A stretch of DNA of 64,000 bases from an uncultured bacterium. Lineage in GTDB: Bacteria; Patescibacteriota; Microgenomatia; UBA1400; UBA12108. A program made the position numbers and the translations under genes. Below, piece by piece: positions 9,829-19,766 of the stretch (the first letter of the stretch is position 1; each line of letters starts with the position of its first letter). Where the stretch lies: the NCBI GenBank assembly GCA_963981525.1, contig CAXCDZ010000001.1:11217-75216 (forward strand), written 5' to 3'. The notes beneath the pieces were generated by a model. That model made no database searches. It saw only the letters and a program-made list of their open reading frames with translations, and was not told where the DNA came from.

Positions 9829-10094
9829 GTGAGTATATTATTAACTTCCAGCTCTTCTGCGTCGAACACACGTCCTTGTTCGATTTTTTCTAACGCACCT
9901 ATTGCGAATATGGCGATAAGCATAAGAGGTGTTAAATACTTTGCTTCTGTACCTGGGTCGACAACATCAAAAAGAGGCAATAATAATATTCCTGCTATAT
10001 ATGCACCCGTAAATTCACTCATGCGAGTTCCTACCCATGAACGTATTTCAAGCCGTTTTTTATGCTCTTCTAAACTATTCTCTTTGGTAAACAT
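9825..10094 (-). CDS. Small 2-TM hypothetical protein
   Basis: 89 aa with two hydrophobic segments; ATGA overlap with the downstream gene. Confidence 0.6.
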   Translation of the reverse strand: MFTKENSLEEHKKRLEIRSWVGTRMSEFTGAYIAGILLLPLFDVVDPGTEAKYLTPLMLIAIFAIGALEKIEQGRVFDAEELEVNNILT

Positions 10095-10100
10095 ATGGGT

Positions 10101-10106
10101 ATTATA
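10101..10106 (-). promoter_or_regulatory. -10 box TATAAT, 6 nt before ATG 10094
   Basis: TATAAT-acccat-ATG. Confidence 0.6.
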
Positions 10107-10131
10107 TAGTGAGGCCTATAGTAATTCAAGG

Positions 10132-10416
10132 CTAAACAAATCTGATCTGGAGAGTCTTACCTAATGCCCTGGCGATGCGATCAACGAGCTGGATTGAAGG
10201 ACTAACACTCATAGATTCGATCCGGGAGATCACGGCCTGAGTAGTACCTGCAAGCTTTGCTAATTCCTGTTGTGTTAGATTGTTAGCAATACGCGCGCTA
10301 ATAAGCTGTCTTCCCACTTGATATTCAGTCTCACTGTTTTGCCACTCCTCTTCAAATTTGGGAGATTTGCGTAGCCTAGCAATTGTGCGATCTAGATCGT
10401 CCTGTTTTTTATTCAT
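10132..10416 (-). CDS. XRE/Cro-CI HTH protein, probable antitoxin (HigA-like)
   Basis: LTQQELAKLAGTTQAVISRIES helix-turn-helix; lies directly downstream of a RelE-like gene. Confidence 0.9.
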   Translation of the reverse strand: MNKKQDDLDRTIARLRKSPKFEEEWQNSETEYQVGRQLISARIANNLTQQELAKLAGTTQAVISRIESMSVSPSIQLVDRIARALGKTLQIRFV

Positions 10417-10423
10417 AATTTGC

Positions 10424-10451
10424 ATTATATCTGATTAGATATAAATGTCAA
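10424..10451 (-). promoter_or_regulatory. Consensus sigma70 promoter TTGACA-N16-TATAAT for the antitoxin, with a palindromic operator
   Basis: -35 at 10446-10451 overlaps the toxin stop codon; -10 at 10424-10429; inverted repeat TTATATCT-gatt-AGATATAA at 10425-10444; ATG 7 nt after the -10. Confidence 0.8.
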
Positions 10452-10762
10452 GTGATCTTTGTTAACTGCTTTTGCCCAAACACTAGATCTTTTCTGCTAG
10501 TTGATCTGCTAGTTTTGCGAAAAATATGCAAGATATAAACTATACTTTTCTTTTGATAAACAAAAATCCTGGTATTATGCTTACCAAGAATACGCACTTC
10601 CCAATAATCATATCCACGCATTTTTTTAAGATCACGAATAGCTGGACTAACTCCATACTCTTGCAAGTATTGGAGTTTGCGAGCTATCTTACGTTGCTCT
10701 GCCACAGAAACCTTGTCCAAATACCCATCTAGATCAATTAGATAATCTATCTGATAACTCAT
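10448..10762 (-). CDS. Type II toxin, RelE/ParE superfamily (Gp49/DUF891/HigB-like)
   Basis: LKKMRGYDYWEVR, RIFVY, YILHIFRKTS; SD-like GAAAGGA 6 nt before the ATG; toxin-first gene order. Confidence 0.85.
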   Translation of the reverse strand: MSYQIDYLIDLDGYLDKVSVAEQRKIARKLQYLQEYGVSPAIRDLKKMRGYDYWEVRILGKHNTRIFVYQKKSIVYILHIFRKTSRSTSRKDLVFGQKQLTKIT

Positions 10763-10822
10763 GCTCAATCCTTTCTCACTAATCCATTACTAACTCCAGT
10801 ATTACCCATATACTACCCGAAG

Positions 10823-11953
10823 TCAAGTATTGCAAGAAAACTTAGAAATCACATATGACATGATGATGTACATGCTTGGCAAGATTGGCATGAGGTAACG
10901 AGGGAAGACGAGACGGAGAGAGATAAATGTGAGATAAACGATGATCCAGGTGAAGTGAAGGAGAATTGTTCTGTTGGCTCGAAGACGTTTCTGAAAGAGT
11001 GAGGTGAAAGTTGCAAGAAGTGAGAGAGGCCAGAGCAGGCTCCAGCCGGGAGCTGGAATAAGTCCGTGATCTCCATACCACTCACGCCACTGACCAGTTA
11101 GGACTATGCGAAAGATCTCTCCTTTGGGATATTCTGGTACGTATGAGTGGTAGAGCCTGAGAATACTAACGTGAAGCTCCACAAAGTCGACTATGCTATG
11201 ACCACGAACAAAAAACATGATGTAACCAGCTAGATAAGTTAGCAGACTGATATATGAGAGTTTGATGAATCTGATAATCTTCTGTCTATCTGAAACATAG
11301 AGATAGATAAGGGAAGAGATTGCTAGAACTAGAGCAACAGAGAATGACTTGGAGAGTGCGATGAGTGCCAGAATGACCATACTGAGCCTGGGCCGAGTGG
11401 AAAAAATGTAGAGATAAAGAGCGATGAGAGTAGTCTGGATGAGGTCGAGGTAGGGACGCACAAGCTGCTCCCGAACGAGTTGATCAGATACTAAGAGTAG
11501 TGGGGAAGCGAGAGACCACCACCTACTCATGAGGCGGCGAGAAGTAAGATATGTAAGAAGAAGGAGAGAGGCAAATGATAGGTACTGAACTAGCATGGGA
11601 CTGCCAAACAATAGTGTGGAGAGACCAAAAAGATATTTCCCGAGTGGTTGAGTCTCTGGATTGATGCTTGTTGGGTCTGAGCCTTGGATGTATTCGTACC
11701 CGGCGAGAGTATAGAGATCGGAATCGCTAATATTCCCATCGAATATACCTTCCTGATTGCAATACGTCCGATATGTGGAAATCATCTTATCCCAGCCATG
11801 TTGAGCTCGATAGTCTGGCAGGCAATATTGAGAAAATGAATATTTCTCTTGAAGATGAGAGACGTTGAGTTTGTTTAGATAATAAGATGCGCCAAGCATG
11901 AACGTGAGAGTAAGAAAGGCGGCAAATATTACCTTGAGTTTGCTATTAGACAT
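10823..11953 (-). CDS. GT-C (PMT-like) membrane glycosyltransferase
   Basis: SDSDLY...INPETQPLGKY resembles the PMT HPPLGK loop; FPRYLMP; multiple TM segments. Confidence 0.7.
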   Translation of the reverse strand: MSNSKLKVIFAAFLTLTFMLGASYYLNKLNVSHLQEKYSFSQYCLPDYRAQHGWDKMISTYRTYCNQEGIFDGNISDSDLYTLAGYEYIQGSDPTSINPETQPLGKYLFGLSTLLFGSPMLVQYLSFASLLLLTYLTSRRLMSRWWSLASPLLLVSDQLVREQLVRPYLDLIQTTLIALYLYIFSTRPRLSMVILALIALSKSFSVALVLAISSLIYLYVSDRQKIIRFIKLSYISLLTYLAGYIMFFVRGHSIVDFVELHVSILRLYHSYVPEYPKGEIFRIVLTGQWREWYGDHGLIPAPGWSLLWPLSLLATFTSLFQKRLRANRTILLHFTWIIVYLTFISLRLVFPRYLMPILPSMYIIMSYVISKFSCNT

Positions 11954-13479
11954 TGAGTTGCATCCATTGAGTTCATGTTTTGTAAAACAAATATTTTGGG
12001 GATATCAGATGATTGCTGGTAACAATTATCGAGGACTTTTGACCAATTAAAGACAGTTTTTTCAAATTGTGGAACGTCCATATCGGTAAGGAAGGTGTTG
12101 TAGATAACAATTTGCGGGGGGTTGTTAATTACCTGAGTGTAATACTCAAGCCTTTGCCATTTTGCAAGAGTGATGTTGGCGAGGAAATGCCTGGTGCAGG
12201 TCCTGCGTTGTGTGTGTACCGGAGCCTCAGCTGCCCCCCAGCCGTAAACAGAGACAATACAGTCACTACTTGTAGTGTTCTCTAAGATGAACTCCTCTTC
12301 TGGCTTGAGCTTGACTTGCCAAACTATACTTGTCGGGAATTGTGTCGGAATATAAGCAAGAGCGAGTTTTTGATTTGGCAAAACGACGATAATAAATGTA
12401 AGTAGGAAGAGTGTGCTGACAACAAACTTTGAAAAGCGACCCTTTAGGACAGAGGTTGTGAGGGATGATGCCCAGTCAGTAATTATTGCGATAGTAAGTA
12501 TTAGGGGAGGTATAATCTGCACCAGGTAGTGTGAGCTAATGCTCCGTCCTGCTGCAAAACCTATAAAAGAACCAATTGAGTAAAATATAACCACAAGCTG
12601 AGGAAGATTGACGCGGTTAATGAAGGTGAGCTTGATAAGTGAGATGAGTGCGCCAAAAGATAGGAGCAAAATAATAGCAGGAGCGTAATTTAATTCTGTG
12701 ATGAGCTTGGAGATAATGGTGATAGTTTCTGGGGTGTGAATAATTAACTGTCTAATATTTAGGAATCCAGATTTGTATCTAAGCACCTCTAGATATGATG
12801 GGAGAGCGCTACTTGAAAGTAGATATGCTGTAATAACTGCGAGGCTTGAGATAAATCCCATTACAAACTTAAGTGTCTGAATAATTACTGTTTTGTACTT
12901 AGCTTGTTGGAATGCAAAAAGCATAAAAGGAATGATGGCAAAAACAGTGAATCCAAAAGGGTCTTTCATTTGGCTTGCCGTGGCAAAAGCAAAACCTGAC
13001 CAAAAAAGACTAGGCTTGTCCTGAATAAGCAGTTTTAAGCCAAGGAGGGAAAGTAACAAGCCAAACATCTCAGAGCCAATTAGAAGTGACTCTATCAGGG
13101 GAGAAAATAGAATTATTGAGATAATGACTGTTGATAGGAGAGAGTACTCTCTTGAGAGAATCTTGGTAGTAATCTTGTAAAGTAGTAGTGATATCAAGAA
13201 GTTGAGAAGTAGGTGGAGAAACTTGAATGATCCCAAGCTTTGGCCAAAAATACTTGCCCAAGAACTAACTACGAGCATAATTCCTGGCGGCTTGTATTCC
13301 CAGTAATCTAGATAGGGAACTCCGTTATTATTAAGCGGAGAAAGCGCAGGTAGAAGAAGCGAAGCTGTGTCGCCTGAGAATTTGTTATCAGGAAATCTGT
13401 TAACAATATTTAGCACCGGAAGAATGGCGAGAAGAAGAATAAATATTATTTTTTGAAGTTTTTTTGACTTTAGCTGCAT
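11929..13479 (-). CDS. GT-C-like membrane glycosyltransferase
   Basis: GVPYLDYWEYKPPG, SHYLVQIIPP, about 11 TM segments and a C-terminal soluble domain. Confidence 0.75.
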   Translation of the reverse strand: MQLKSKKLQKIIFILLLAILPVLNIVNRFPDNKFSGDTASLLLPALSPLNNNGVPYLDYWEYKPPGIMLVVSSWASIFGQSLGSFKFLHLLLNFLISLLLYKITTKILSREYSLLSTVIISIILFSPLIESLLIGSEMFGLLLSLLGLKLLIQDKPSLFWSGFAFATASQMKDPFGFTVFAIIPFMLFAFQQAKYKTVIIQTLKFVMGFISSLAVITAYLLSSSALPSYLEVLRYKSGFLNIRQLIIHTPETITIISKLITELNYAPAIILLLSFGALISLIKLTFINRVNLPQLVVIFYSIGSFIGFAAGRSISSHYLVQIIPPLILTIAIITDWASSLTTSVLKGRFSKFVVSTLFLLTFIIVVLPNQKLALAYIPTQFPTSIVWQVKLKPEEEFILENTTSSDCIVSVYGWGAAEAPVHTQRRTCTRHFLANITLAKWQRLEYYTQVINNPPQIVIYNTFLTDMDVPQFEKTVFNWSKVLDNCYQQSSDIPKIFVLQNMNSMDATQCLIANSR

Positions 13480-13488
13480 GATTGCTAT

Positions 13489-15060
13489 TTATGATTGCGA
13501 TTTATTTTTGGAGAATAGTGATTTTGCCAGGATAATAACTGAGGCGAAATAGGTGCTTATCCATAGATACCACCATGATCCTTTGACCAGAAGTGGCTTG
13601 TATTGACTCAACTGAGTAAGCAGTGTGGGAATGGAGGTTAGATCGTAGTAGCTATTAACTAAGGTGTGCATACCTCCAAGCTGGAGCCAAACAAATATGA
13701 GACCTATGAGAATAGCGAGAATATTTTTGATCACGCGATTATCTGTAAAACTCGTGATGCCAAGTATGACTAGTGCCAGTTGAGAGACTATTAGGGGATA
13801 ATAATATCTAGCCTGAACACCCAATGAATATCCGAGTACGCGTGCAAATTGGTAGTCGTAAAGGAATATCCCCATTACATAAACAATGAGAGAGAGAATG
13901 AGGAAGGTGGGAATTGTTAACTCTGAGAATCTCTTATGCTTGATTTTTTTGAGATAAATTACACTAATGCCAATGATTGATACTAGGACTAGTCGATTGG
14001 ATAGCTGCCAGTAAATACTAGGCAGTACAATGCCAAGCCACTTAAACACACCCCAATACCAGACAATGTTTTGTGAGTTTAGTTTGTGAAAAGAAAATTT
14101 AGCGAAAGCTATTAATGTTGGGGGGTTAGAGGTTGTGGTGGTTATTAACTCGGCCCCAGGCAGCGTACCACTACTTAGGAGTGAAAAAATCTTAGGGAAT
14201 TCTTGCCATCCAGCAACAAGAGCGATAATAACTATCACTCTCATGAGAGCAGAAAAATGAGATCTAATATTCTTGTCCATTCTCAGACGGAGTACTAAGG
14301 CAATCAGGAGAATGGGAACAAATAAGTATCCCTGGGTTTTTGTAAGGAAGGTGAGGCCAGCGACAATTCCGATGGTGTTGGCTAACCTTGCACTCCACCC
14401 GGCGTTAATCACTCTGAGAGATAAATATATAAGCATGGTAAACAAGAGATTAAATAAATTGTCACTGTTTACACCTGAGCCTACAAAGGTAAGCATGGGA
14501 TGGAGAGAGGTTGTAATCGCAAGAACTGTGGGCAAATTGCTTTTTTTGGGAAAAACTTCTTTCCCAATAAGATATGCAAAATATATGAGAGTAGTTGATA
14601 AGAATATGCTCCCGACCCTAACTAGGAATAAGCGAGAGATGATATCCCTGTTTTTTGCGATCCGATAGAAGATTGAGCTATATGCGTAGTAGAGGGGTGG
14701 GTATCGCGCAGCTTCTCTCCAAACGTATGAAGAGGAGTTGGAGTCACTATTTAACTCACTGATAGCAAGTTCGTTTATTCCGAAGAGAGAGTCTGAGTAT
14801 TCTGGATGATACTCGCTATGGTAGGTATATTTATTGTTCCCGAGTTCATCCCGATATGTCCCTAGCAAATTTTCAGTTTGTAATAGCTCCTCAGACAAAT
14901 CATCTCCACTCCCTGTTGGCATCTTATCTTCGCTAGTGAAGTACTGTACTGAAGCAAGGTGAGCTTGCTCATCCGGAAACTCTAAGGGGAGAACTACCAA
15001 ACTCCAGGTGAGTTGGATAAAAAAAGAAGATAATATGATTAAGAAGATTTTTTTATTCAT
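13489..15060 (-). CDS. GT-C membrane glycosyltransferase (DUF2142/PMT_2-like)
   Basis: FPDEQAH, YPPLYY, VNSDNL, LTKT, QARYYYP. Confidence 0.8.
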   Translation of the reverse strand: MNKKIFLIILSSFFIQLTWSLVVLPLEFPDEQAHLASVQYFTSEDKMPTGSGDDLSEELLQTENLLGTYRDELGNNKYTYHSEYHPEYSDSLFGINELAISELNSDSNSSSYVWREAARYPPLYYAYSSIFYRIAKNRDIISRLFLVRVGSIFLSTTLIYFAYLIGKEVFPKKSNLPTVLAITTSLHPMLTFVGSGVNSDNLFNLLFTMLIYLSLRVINAGWSARLANTIGIVAGLTFLTKTQGYLFVPILLIALVLRLRMDKNIRSHFSALMRVIVIIALVAGWQEFPKIFSLLSSGTLPGAELITTTTSNPPTLIAFAKFSFHKLNSQNIVWYWGVFKWLGIVLPSIYWQLSNRLVLVSIIGISVIYLKKIKHKRFSELTIPTFLILSLIVYVMGIFLYDYQFARVLGYSLGVQARYYYPLIVSQLALVILGITSFTDNRVIKNILAILIGLIFVWLQLGGMHTLVNSYYDLTSIPTLLTQLSQYKPLLVKGSWWYLWISTYFASVIILAKSLFSKNKSQS

Positions 15061-16040
15061 GATTGTTTGGAATACCAGGCCCAGGAATCTATAATTGCAT
15101 CATGAATATCCAGATGTATTGGCTTCCATGATGAGATACGCTGGAATTTGCTTGAATCTGCGATCACCCTGGGTGAGTCACCCGACCTTGCGCTAGCGAG
15201 TTTGGTCACGATTTTTTGACCAGTAACTTCCTCCACAGCCTGAATAATCTCCATGACACTATATCCCCTACCCGTGCCTAGATTGAATAAGTCTGAGGAG
15301 TTGCCGCCCCTAAGATAGGCCAAGGCCGCAATGTGGGCATTTGCCAGGTCATCGATGTGAATATAGTCTCTGACACAAGTTCCGTCTGGGGTAGAGTAAC
15401 CAGTCCCGAATATCTCTAGAGCCCCTTCCCTGTCTGAGACTACCCGAAAACAGTTGGAGATAAGGTGGTGAGAGTGTTCTGGATTTTGGCCAAGGTGACC
15501 TGCTGGGTCAGCTCCTGCAACATTAAAGTATCGAAGGATTGCATAGTTGGAGTTGCTAGTCTTGGCCGAGTTAATGAGGGAGCACTCTGCCTCAAGTTTG
15601 GTGGCTCCATATGGATTAATTGGGTTTGGAATGCAGTCCTCAGTTATTGACTCAGACGAGACCTCCCCGTATACGGCAGCAGTACTAGAGTAAATGATGT
15701 GAGGGACTTGCTTGTTAACAATATAGCTCCATAGTTTTGCAGATTTCTCACTGTTGTTGAGCTGATATTTTTCTGGGTACTTGATGGACTCTGGCACGCT
15801 AATAGAGGCTGCAAAATGAATGACAGCATTAATCTGATTACGCGCAAACACTCGATCAAGAATAGTGGGGTCTGCAAAGTCACCCACAACTAACTCAGCT
15901 TGCTTGGGGAGGACATCTCGCGATCCAGTTGAGAGATTATCAATGACGATTACTTGCTCTCCCATCGCTATGAGCTTCTTGACAGTGTGGGAGCCTATAT
16001 ACCCACAACCACCTGTTATAAGTATTTTGGTTTTGTGCAT
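15057..16040 (-). CDS. galE: UDP-glucose 4-epimerase
   Basis: ITGGCGYIGSHT, HFAASISVPES, SSTAAVYG, YGATK, LRYFNVAGAD, TPDGTCVRDYIH. Confidence 0.95.
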   Translation of the reverse strand: MHKTKILITGGCGYIGSHTVKKLIAMGEQVIVIDNLSTGSRDVLPKQAELVVGDFADPTILDRVFARNQINAVIHFAASISVPESIKYPEKYQLNNSEKSAKLWSYIVNKQVPHIIYSSTAAVYGEVSSESITEDCIPNPINPYGATKLEAECSLINSAKTSNSNYAILRYFNVAGADPAGHLGQNPEHSHHLISNCFRVVSDREGALEIFGTGYSTPDGTCVRDYIHIDDLANAHIAALAYLRGGNSSDLFNLGTGRGYSVMEIIQAVEEVTGQKIVTKLASARSGDSPRVIADSSKFQRISSWKPIHLDIHDAIIDSWAWYSKQS

Positions 16041-16121
16041 GGATCGTTACCTGTATATTCTTGAGCTAATAATCTATAATTAGAAATCATTATAGTATAG
16101 GATCTCTATGAAAGGGCGTAC

Positions 16122-17042
16122 ATGAAGAGTTTAGTGTCTTTGGTGATACCAACATATAACGAAGTGGGTAATCTCGAAAAGCTATATGAGGAGATTGTTA
16201 GAAATCTAAGTAGTAAATACAGTTATGAAATAATTTTTGTCGATGATGGTAGCACCGACGAATCTCTAAAAATCATCAAAAAAATAAAAAAGAATGATAA
16301 GAGAATCAAGTTTATTTCTTTTACAAGAAATTTTGGCCACCAATACGCGCTAAAGGCAGGTCTAGATAACGCGAAGGGAGACTGCGTAATTTCTCTGGAC
16401 GCGGATCTTCAGCACCCACCATCCATGATTTCAGAAATGTTAAAAGAGTGGAAAAAAGGATTTAAGATTGTGTATACAAAGAGAGTCAGGGAAGACAATA
16501 CTTCTTACTACAAACTGATAACCTCCAAGCTTTTCTATTATATTATTAATAAGCTATCTCAAGTCCGGATAGAGTATGGAATGGCTGATTTTCGCTTACT
16601 GGATAGAAAAGTCGTTGAGATCATCAAAAATACAAGTGAGTCGGCTTTTTTCTTGCGCGGATTAGTTGCATGGACTGGCTTTCCAAGTAAGTCAATTACC
16701 TACACGCCAGATGAGCGATATTCAGGGCAAACCAAGTATTCTCTCCACAAAATGATGAATATGGCGATTGATGCGGTCACGTCGTTTAGCATTGTACCTT
16801 TACGATTAGCTACTATTCTTGGATTTTTTATCTCACTAGTGAGTGGGATATATGCCTTGTACGCAGTGATTGTGTGGATTACTGACAGCAAGGTGATTAC
16901 TGGCTGGCCATCAGTAATAGTGAGCGTTTTGTTTATTGGTGGAATGCAGCTAATGATGTTGGGAATAGTGGGTGAGTATGTTGGGAAAGTGTTTTTGGAA
17001 TCAAAAAAACGACCTCTATACATTATCGGGGAGATGGAGTGA
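16122..17042 (+). CDS. GtrB/ArnC/YkoT-type polyprenol-phosphate glycosyltransferase (GT2 with 2 C-terminal TMs)
   Basis: VDDGSTD, RNFGHQ, LDADLQHPP, DFRLLDRKVVE, LGIVGEYVGKVFLESKKRPLYII. Confidence 0.92.
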   Translation: MKSLVSLVIPTYNEVGNLEKLYEEIVRNLSSKYSYEIIFVDDGSTDESLKIIKKIKKNDKRIKFISFTRNFGHQYALKAGLDNAKGDCVISLDADLQHPPSMISEMLKEWKKGFKIVYTKRVREDNTSYYKLITSKLFYYIINKLSQVRIEYGMADFRLLDRKVVEIIKNTSESAFFLRGLVAWTGFPSKSITYTPDERYSGQTKYSLHKMMNMAIDAVTSFSIVPLRLATILGFFISLVSGIYALYAVIVWITDSKVITGWPSVIVSVLFIGGMQLMMLGIVGEYVGKVFLESKKRPLYIIGEME

Positions 17043-18586
17043 CGAAGAGGATAATTTTTCTTGCTTTTAGCATTGTGGTAGGAATGTTCTTGGCTGGGAA
17101 TAATCTAAAAGCCGAGTTTGGGCCAATTGATGATCATGAAGTTGTTAACTGGCTAGGGGCAGATAGAAAGATACTGTTAAGTGAAATTCCCCAAATGCTC
17201 AAGGAGACTGAGCTTGGTAGATTTGGCAAATATGCCAGGTACAGACCCAGCTACTACACACTCCGGATCGGAGAGAGCTATCTGTGGGGAGGCAATGCTA
17301 GCCTGTGGTACATGGCAAGAATTGTGATGTTTGTGGTGGCTATCTATCTCACATTACTAATATTATCGAGTTATGTCTGGTGGCCAGTTGCCCTATTTGG
17401 TGTCTTACACATACTTGAGCAAAATTATTGGGGAGATATCTTATCTAGACTCGGACCATCAGAGATTTACTCAGTTCTAGGCCTACCTATGTATATATAT
17501 GGACTAATTCGGATATGGAACCCTAAGAGCACTAATAATAGAGCCATGTTCATCATGTACTTTGTGGGGTTTGTGATTTGTGTCGGGGCAAAAGAGAATT
17601 TTTCTTTTCTGTTGATACCAACCCTACTCTTATCTGGCAGGCTTATCAAAGAAAAGCGAATGAGCGGCTGGAGACTAGCAGGATCGATTGCAATGATTGG
17701 TTATGTGACAACTATATTTGCCTCGATTGCGATTAACACCCTCAAGACAAGCAGTGATATCTACGGAGCGGATGTCTCAATTGCGTCGCGGCTGATAGCA
17801 TATATTGATAGCGTTAAGAATATAATCGACGGATTTGTGACAAAACCCATGTTCTTTTCGGCAATTGCAGCCATGCTACTAATACTTGCATATATCCCAA
17901 GAGAGCGAATATACAAGTTGTTTATGACTAGCATCCGCTATGCTGCGGTGGCGGCAGCGTTTTTGCTAGTTGGAGCTTCGCAGCATGTTTATTACGGGGC
18001 AATATTCCCCACCAATATCCGATACGATTTCCCAATCTTAGTCATCCCAACCATACTAATTATTATATTGACTAAGTATTTGGTAGCGGCTACGAGTGAT
18101 CTTGGCTTAAAAATTGCTCGACCCGCAATATATCTAGGGACATTGATTGCAATAGCTCTTCTTATACAACCGACCCACTACCTAGAAACCAGGACTAAGT
18201 CTATCCAGAACGTCGAGATGACAACTAGTTTTATGGGTAAGTTGAGAGCTGATGCGAGACGGATAAGTGAGAATCCGTCATCCCCTCTAATTATCAACAG
18301 TGAAAGACCAATTGATTATGAAATGATCTCCTCCTTACAACGATTCTTAGTATACTCCGGAGTTAATAGCCCAGTCTATCTTAGATATATATCTAACCCA
18401 GACTTACGAGATTCGACCTTAGGACAACTGCTGGACGATCGATTAAGGGTAGTGGCTGATCAGGGAAGTTCTGAGTATATTCGTGGGTTTACTGCGTATA
18501 ATGATCAGCTAATAATGGGTGACTGTTACAGTATCCTGGTAGGTGAAGTCGAAAGTGAGAGTTGTGTGAACCTAAGTCGTTACTGA
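17039..18586 (+). CDS. Polytopic membrane protein, probable GT-C (Gtr-type-like) transferase
   Basis: GTG start overlapping the upstream TGA; IDDHE acidic loop, RYRP, KENF, about 10 TM segments; cotranscribed with the GtrB-like gene. Confidence 0.65.
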   Translation: MTKRIIFLAFSIVVGMFLAGNNLKAEFGPIDDHEVVNWLGADRKILLSEIPQMLKETELGRFGKYARYRPSYYTLRIGESYLWGGNASLWYMARIVMFVVAIYLTLLILSSYVWWPVALFGVLHILEQNYWGDILSRLGPSEIYSVLGLPMYIYGLIRIWNPKSTNNRAMFIMYFVGFVICVGAKENFSFLLIPTLLLSGRLIKEKRMSGWRLAGSIAMIGYVTTIFASIAINTLKTSSDIYGADVSIASRLIAYIDSVKNIIDGFVTKPMFFSAIAAMLLILAYIPRERIYKLFMTSIRYAAVAAAFLLVGASQHVYYGAIFPTNIRYDFPILVIPTILIIILTKYLVAATSDLGLKIARPAIYLGTLIAIALLIQPTHYLETRTKSIQNVEMTTSFMGKLRADARRISENPSSPLIINSERPIDYEMISSLQRFLVYSGVNSPVYLRYISNPDLRDSTLGQLLDDRLRVVADQGSSEYIRGFTAYNDQLIMGDCYSILVGEVESESCVNLSRY

Positions 18587-19764
18587 GTAAAGATAGAGAT
18601 AATCTCTGCTATCTCTTGTTGAGTGAGTTCTGGATTGTTACCGAAATAGAGGCCATTCTGATGGATCAGACTGGCGTTTGGACTGACAATGTTCTTAAGA
18701 TTGGGTGTTAAGTATTTTTTGAAAAATGGCTGGTCGGCCATATTGCCACCCACAACTGGTCGAATTTCGATCTTATCTGCACATTTCCTGACTAGCTCAT
18801 CCCTTATTTCTTGAGTTTTGCAGATTACAGGAATAGCAAAATTGGAGAGAAAATCCATATGCTCATATTTAATTGAATAAAAGCGATCAGTCTGAGAGTA
18901 GATCTCGGGAGCAATTGCTAAGAAGTTTTCGTTTCTTTTTTTGGTGATCTCGTCAATGTGCTTGAGCTGATTATGACCAAGGAAACCGTTAATTTCTGTG
19001 GGGCGCAGATTGTAACCAAGATCGTAGAAGGTGTAGCGAGAGTAAAAAGTTGAGTTTACGTCGTGCTTGTTGCGCATCTCCTCTTGTTTAGTAAGAGATA
19101 AGTTTCTGTCCCAACCGTGGGCACGAACTAACCTAAGCATAGTAGAAAGTTCTTCGTCGTCAGTCAGGATAGCGCCGCCTTCGATGGTAGACATGTGGTG
19201 GCCGACATAGAATGAGAAGGTGCTAGCAAGACCAAAGTTACCCAACTTCTTACCCTTGTAAACTGATCCCATGGACTCGCAATTATCCTCGATAAGGATA
19301 ATGTTTTTTTCACTGCATAGGCTACTGATCTGATCAAGGTCATCTGAGAAGCCGAGCAAGTTGGTGATGAATAGCATCTTAATGTCACCATGAAGCTCTA
19401 ACGCTTGAGAGAAGGTGCGGCTTGAGACATTGAGAGTGTCTAGTTCTACGTCTACTGGAATAGCTTCTAGGCCAAGTTGGATGATGGGCATGGCGTTGGT
19501 TGACCAGGTAAGTGATGAGAAGGCAACCTTGTCACCTTTTTTAAGCCTACCGAGATTGAGAAGTGACTGGATGATGGCTAGATTGGCGGAGCTACCGCTG
19601 TTAACGAATATTGCATGCTCCCTACCCTGGTATATTCCTAGCTCATTTTCAAATTTTTCACACTGCTTGCCAAATGATAATTGTTTGGCGGATGACAAAA
19701 ACTCGATAAGATCACTGGTAGTTTGTTTTTCGTTGTAGTAGGTAGACTTGATGAGCTTAATCAT
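18580..19764 (-). CDS. colD: PLP-dependent GDP-4-keto-6-deoxy-D-mannose 3-dehydratase (ColD-like, DegT/DnrJ family)
   Basis: NSGSSANL, NLLG, EDNCESMG, TFSFYVGHHMSTIEGG (His at the usual Schiff-base Lys position), RAHGW, GYNLRP, NGLYFGN. Confidence 0.8.
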   Translation of the reverse strand: MIKLIKSTYYNEKQTTSDLIEFLSSAKQLSFGKQCEKFENELGIYQGREHAIFVNSGSSANLAIIQSLLNLGRLKKGDKVAFSSLTWSTNAMPIIQLGLEAIPVDVELDTLNVSSRTFSQALELHGDIKMLFITNLLGFSDDLDQISSLCSEKNIILIEDNCESMGSVYKGKKLGNFGLASTFSFYVGHHMSTIEGGAILTDDEELSTMLRLVRAHGWDRNLSLTKQEEMRNKHDVNSTFYSRYTFYDLGYNLRPTEINGFLGHNQLKHIDEITKKRNENFLAIAPEIYSQTDRFYSIKYEHMDFLSNFAIPVICKTQEIRDELVRKCADKIEIRPVVGGNMADQPFFKKYLTPNLKNIVSPNASLIHQNGLYFGNNPELTQQEIAEIISIFTQ

Positions 19765-19766
19765 AA

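Noticed and set aside
8251-10800. Prophage or integrative element around the TA pair
   Set aside because: No integrase, transposase, att-like repeat or phage structural gene seen.
18580-19764. Ordinary sugar aminotransferase (PerA/DegT) or CDP-pathway RfbH
   Set aside because: The catalytic Lys position is His and no RfbH-type Cys cluster is evident, so ColD fits better.
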